Assembly (NCBI GenBank): GCA_963754925.1
Contig: CAVWHX010000004.1
Location: 1,120,001-1,184,000, forward strand
Direction: 5' to 3'
DNA from: an uncultured delta proteobacterium
Lineage (GTDB): Bacteria; Myxococcota; B64-G9
DNA: 64,000 nucleotides
Part shown: one piece after another, positions 60,555 to 64,000 of the stretch
Layout of the letters: the number at the start of each line of letters is the position of its first letter
Numbering within the stretch: the first letter of the stretch is position 1
Notes under the pieces: model-generated
Told to the model about the DNA's origin: nothing
Databases searched by the model: none
The model's input: only the letters and a program-made list of their open reading frames with translations
Position numbers and translations under genes: made by a program

Positions 60555-60945
60555 TATTTTTATACTTCCTGTCTCAACCGAACTATTTCCAACTGCCCTT
60601 GAATTCGAAGGTGATAATAATACCAGCCGATGGGGAGTAGTTCTTCGATAAGTTTGATTGTTTCTTTGCGTTCATTTTCGCACGAGCGTTCGCTTTTACA
60701 CATATTTTTATAAAAAAACTTGTTTAACATCGGATTTGAGCGATACAGCGACCTCTGCATTTGTAATCTTTTGAATCACAAACAGAAGTAGGTGCGGCGT
60801 CTGTTGATTTTCTTGCGAATGGCGTGAATCTTGCTTAATTGAATCTTGCTTAATAAAGATCTGTGTGTTTTGGATTGAAATTGTTTTATGGGGCACGGGA
60901 AGATAACCTTATAATCTTTTATTTTTGACAGGATTGTGATCCCGC

Positions 60946-63834
60946 ATGGAAGCATTATCAAAACTGATCACCAACCGCGCCGTGGCGTGGACAATTGTAT
61001 TATTGGTTGCCATCATCTCTATTATCGGAATCGGTAGCGCGCTGGGGGTGCAAAACGACGATAACCTTCTCGCCTTTCTGCCCAAAGACAATCCAGAGGT
61101 AAAAACGTTTTACGATATCAATACTCGTTTCGGTGGATTAGAAGTAGCGCTGGTTGGCATCGAAAGCGATGCTATTTTTTCCACTGAATTTCTCGAACAC
61201 CTCCAACAGGCTACAAAGAACTTAAGGGAAACCCAAGGGATAAACTATGTATTGAGTCTGACCAACGTTGCCGATTTCACGGTCGATGAAGTTAACGGCG
61301 GCATCATCACCGCCTCGCTGGTGGATACCGTTCCAACGACACAAAAAGGGTTGTCGGAATTACGAGAGAAGGTTTTTGCCCGGGAGCAGGTGGTCGGCAA
61401 TTTAATCTCAGCTGATGCCAAGGCCGTATTGATCTATTGCTTTCTCGCGTATGGCACCGATCCGCGGGCTATTTCCGCTCAGATCCGATCGGTGGTGACG
61501 GCCTCTTTTCCCGATAAGCAGATATATTGGGGCGGGAATCCGTTTATTTCCTCCTATGTGTATGACACCGTTCAAAAGGATCTGCGGCGCCTCTCCCCCT
61601 GGGCGGTGATAGTCATAATTCTGCTGATGATTCTCTCGCTCAAAAACGTGATCGGAACGCTTTTGGCATTGCTATCAACCGGCTTGGCTATCGGCATTAC
61701 CGTGGGTTTGATGGCGGCGTTCGGGGTAAAGCTCAACCTCATGCTCGGTTCGATGCCGATTGTCTTGTTCGCCGTCGGCTGCGCCTACTCGATCCATTTC
61801 CTCATGCGTTACTTTGATTGGCGCAAGAACCTCGATTGCGAGACAGCGCTCATACGAACGGTGTCCGGTATTGGTCCGGTGGTGTTGGCCGCCGGCGTAA
61901 CCTCGGCTGCGGCCATCATGTCGTTTATCGTTATGGATATTAAGCCAATCCAAGAGTTTGGCCTGTTTTTGGGTATCGGCATCTTAATCGCCATGGTGTT
62001 AGCGCTCACGTTTGTTCCAGCGGTCATCCGGCTCTGTAATCTCAATCACAAGGTGAGCGAACATACTGCCTGGCCCCGACGCCTGATGGTGCGGTTAGCG
62101 CTTTTCTCGCAATCGTATCGTTTGCCCGTGGGCGTAGCGTTGGTGCTGGTGACGGTGGTGTGCGGCGTGTTGATTACTCGCATCAAGACCGATGTCGATC
62201 AGCGATCGTTTTTCGCCGCTGGCAGCCCGCCCGACCAGGCGGACAAGTTTTTGCGCGATCATTTTAAAGCCGCCCAGTTCATCCAACTTCTGGTCAACGG
62301 CGATATGAGCGACCCCGCGGTGCTGCGCGAGATGCAAAGCCTCGCCGATCGGCTCGAACGGGTTCCGCATATTTCGGGCGCCCAGCACATAGGCCAGGTA
62401 ATCGCGAAGATCAACGAGGCGATGACCGGGCAGAAGCGAATCCCCGACACCCGAGAGCAGATCAACAATCTCGTTATGTTCCTTGCCGGCGATCCGGCGG
62501 TGGGCCAGCTGGTGACCGAGGATCGTAAACAGGCGCTGATTCAGATTAAAGTTGATAGCTCCCAAGGCGCCAATATCGCCGTGGTTCTGGCGGCTATCCA
62601 GCAATTAGTCGACGCTGAACACCTCGATCGATATGAGGTGGCCACCGTCGACGGCCCGCGCGCGAACGAGGTGCGCGCTCGCAAACTTGACGAGCTCATC
62701 GGGCGCCTGCAAACGCTGGCCCGTTCCGCCGAAGTGTCCTTGCCGGCCGATAGCCGAAGCAAAGTACAGACATTTTTGGCCAGTGACACGCAAGTTGTCG
62801 ATCCTCAACAGGTGGCGGTTGAGATAGAACGCTATCTGCGCTCGAGCGAAAGCCCGCTCGACGTGTCGACGCATCAAAAAAGCGGCGATTCAATGGGTGT
62901 CCTCGCGCACGTACTGGCGAAATTGGGCGAGCGACCTGCTCTGGTGGACCTGCGATCTGCTCTCGCTACGGCATTTGGCCGTTCACCAAACGACCACATG
63001 GTCGCCGATTGGAGTACAGCGCTTCTGGCGCCGCTTCAGGAAATATGGGTTCGCCTGCGCGCCTCGGAACGCGCTCAAAAATTGATTGGCATCCTTGGGC
63101 TTAACCCACCGTCAACGGGCAAATCTGCAACCGTCCTTAATAACGATGTCGCCATGGTGCTTATGGAAGCAGACTATCCGGCCACGTTGCTGCCGGCGGG
63201 AGTCGGAACCGCAGCCTCGTCCTTGAGCATGCAGGTCAGTGGGTTGCCGGTGCTTCATCGGGGGCTGGCTCAAAGCGTTCATCGCAATCAACTCCGAAGC
63301 CTTCTCGTCGCTCTCGTCCTGGTAGTGGTGATACTGTCAATGATGTTCAGGTCGGCTAAAACCGGCATAATGGCGGCGACGCCAACGCTGTTTGCCCTCA
63401 TCGTCATCCACGGCGCTATGGGTTGGCTTCAGATTTCCCTCGACATCGGAACCTCGCTTTTGGGCAGCCTGATTTTGGCCAACAGTGTTGACTACGCCGT
63501 GCATCTCATAGCCTCATGGCGTTCCCCGGAGAACGAAAGCCTGCGACATGCCGCGGCCTATGCTGCCGATCAGTCGGGTCCGGCGATCTGGACCACCGCT
63601 GCCACAATGTTTGTCGGTTTCTTCGTGCTCGCCCTGGGAGAAGCCAAGCCGCTACAGAATGTGGCCAGCTTGAAAGCCACCGCCATGCTCGTGAGCGCGC
63701 TGGCCACCTTTTTAGTAGTTCCGGTTCTCGCGCGAAAGCGTCGGTATCAAATATTGAACGACAGTTATCAGGCGACCGAGCCATCTGCGGCCGTTGAGGC
63801 CGAACTTATACAAAGCACAACCAATAACCGATAG
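60946..63834 (+). CDS. MMPL/RND family transporter
   Basis: Two TM clusters with large periplasmic loops; YSIHF and VDYAVHL motifs. Confidence 0.88.
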   Translation: MEALSKLITNRAVAWTIVLLVAIISIIGIGSALGVQNDDNLLAFLPKDNPEVKTFYDINTRFGGLEVALVGIESDAIFSTEFLEHLQQATKNLRETQGINYVLSLTNVADFTVDEVNGGIITASLVDTVPTTQKGLSELREKVFAREQVVGNLISADAKAVLIYCFLAYGTDPRAISAQIRSVVTASFPDKQIYWGGNPFISSYVYDTVQKDLRRLSPWAVIVIILLMILSLKNVIGTLLALLSTGLAIGITVGLMAAFGVKLNLMLGSMPIVLFAVGCAYSIHFLMRYFDWRKNLDCETALIRTVSGIGPVVLAAGVTSAAAIMSFIVMDIKPIQEFGLFLGIGILIAMVLALTFVPAVIRLCNLNHKVSEHTAWPRRLMVRLALFSQSYRLPVGVALVLVTVVCGVLITRIKTDVDQRSFFAAGSPPDQADKFLRDHFKAAQFIQLLVNGDMSDPAVLREMQSLADRLERVPHISGAQHIGQVIAKINEAMTGQKRIPDTREQINNLVMFLAGDPAVGQLVTEDRKQALIQIKVDSSQGANIAVVLAAIQQLVDAEHLDRYEVATVDGPRANEVRARKLDELIGRLQTLARSAEVSLPADSRSKVQTFLASDTQVVDPQQVAVEIERYLRSSESPLDVSTHQKSGDSMGVLAHVLAKLGERPALVDLRSALATAFGRSPNDHMVADWSTALLAPLQEIWVRLRASERAQKLIGILGLNPPSTGKSATVLNNDVAMVLMEADYPATLLPAGVGTAASSLSMQVSGLPVLHRGLAQSVHRNQLRSLLVALVLVVVILSMMFRSAKTGIMAATPTLFALIVIHGAMGWLQISLDIGTSLLGSLILANSVDYAVHLIASWRSPENESLRHAAAYAADQSGPAIWTTAATMFVGFFVLALGEAKPLQNVASLKATAMLVSALATFLVVPVLARKRRYQILNDSYQATEPSAAVEAELIQSTTNNR

Positions 63835-63851
63835 AAGAGTTGAGGTTATCC

Positions 63852-64000
63852 ATGAAAAAACACATCGTACTGATGACCGCTTTCGTTGCCGGTTTTCTGT
63901 TGATCGGTACACTCCACGTCCAAGCCGAAGACGTGAGCCCAGGCGAGAAAATAATTCAACAGATGGATGAAAGTATGACCAGGGCCAAGGATCAATACTT
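63852..64000 (+). CDS. secreted protein, probably LolA-like partner of the MMPL transporter (partial)
   Basis: GAGG RBS; signal peptide MKKHIVLMTAFVAGFLLIGTLHVQA; product inferred from gene context only. Confidence 0.5.
   Translation, partial: MKKHIVLMTAFVAGFLLIGTLHVQAEDVSPGEKIIQQMDESMTRAKDQY

Overview
A 64-kb chromosomal segment from a GC-rich bacterium with Myxococcota/deltaproteobacterial gene content (FHA/Ser-Thr kinase proteins, FHA-CpaF ATPase, Cys-rich repeat lipoprotein, sigma54 systems). Housekeeping and envelope genes include truA, nth, TolC, MlaC, LptD, lgt, folC, a FadN-like enzyme plus thiolase, a lysC-lysA fusion, pepT and an MMPL transporter. The clearest highlight is an intact arsR-hgcA-hgcB mercury-methylation operon (58762-60554) with a palindromic operator in its promoter. 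Other notable items: (1) a lipoprotein with 12 x 47-aa Cys repeats ending in an ALK/LTK-like glycine-rich domain; (2) an FN3/CFI-box/beta-barrel fusion with an internal second signal peptide behind a sigma54 promoter; (3) a near-identical TTGACAT-N3-AGTCAATC operator in front of a TetR gene and the distant beta-oxidation operon; (4) a 1.6-kb tRNA-Ala islet with a duplicated att site, a truncated serine recombinase and an unannotated RHH gene; (5) an internally deleted cAMP phosphodiesterase next to an adenylate cyclase and a Crp-family gene; (6) several families of short palindromic repeats, some nested inside REP-like elements and showing stem covariation. Seven genes carry single-base frameshifts that are probably assembly errors. 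All calls come from motif recognition by eye; no database search was run.
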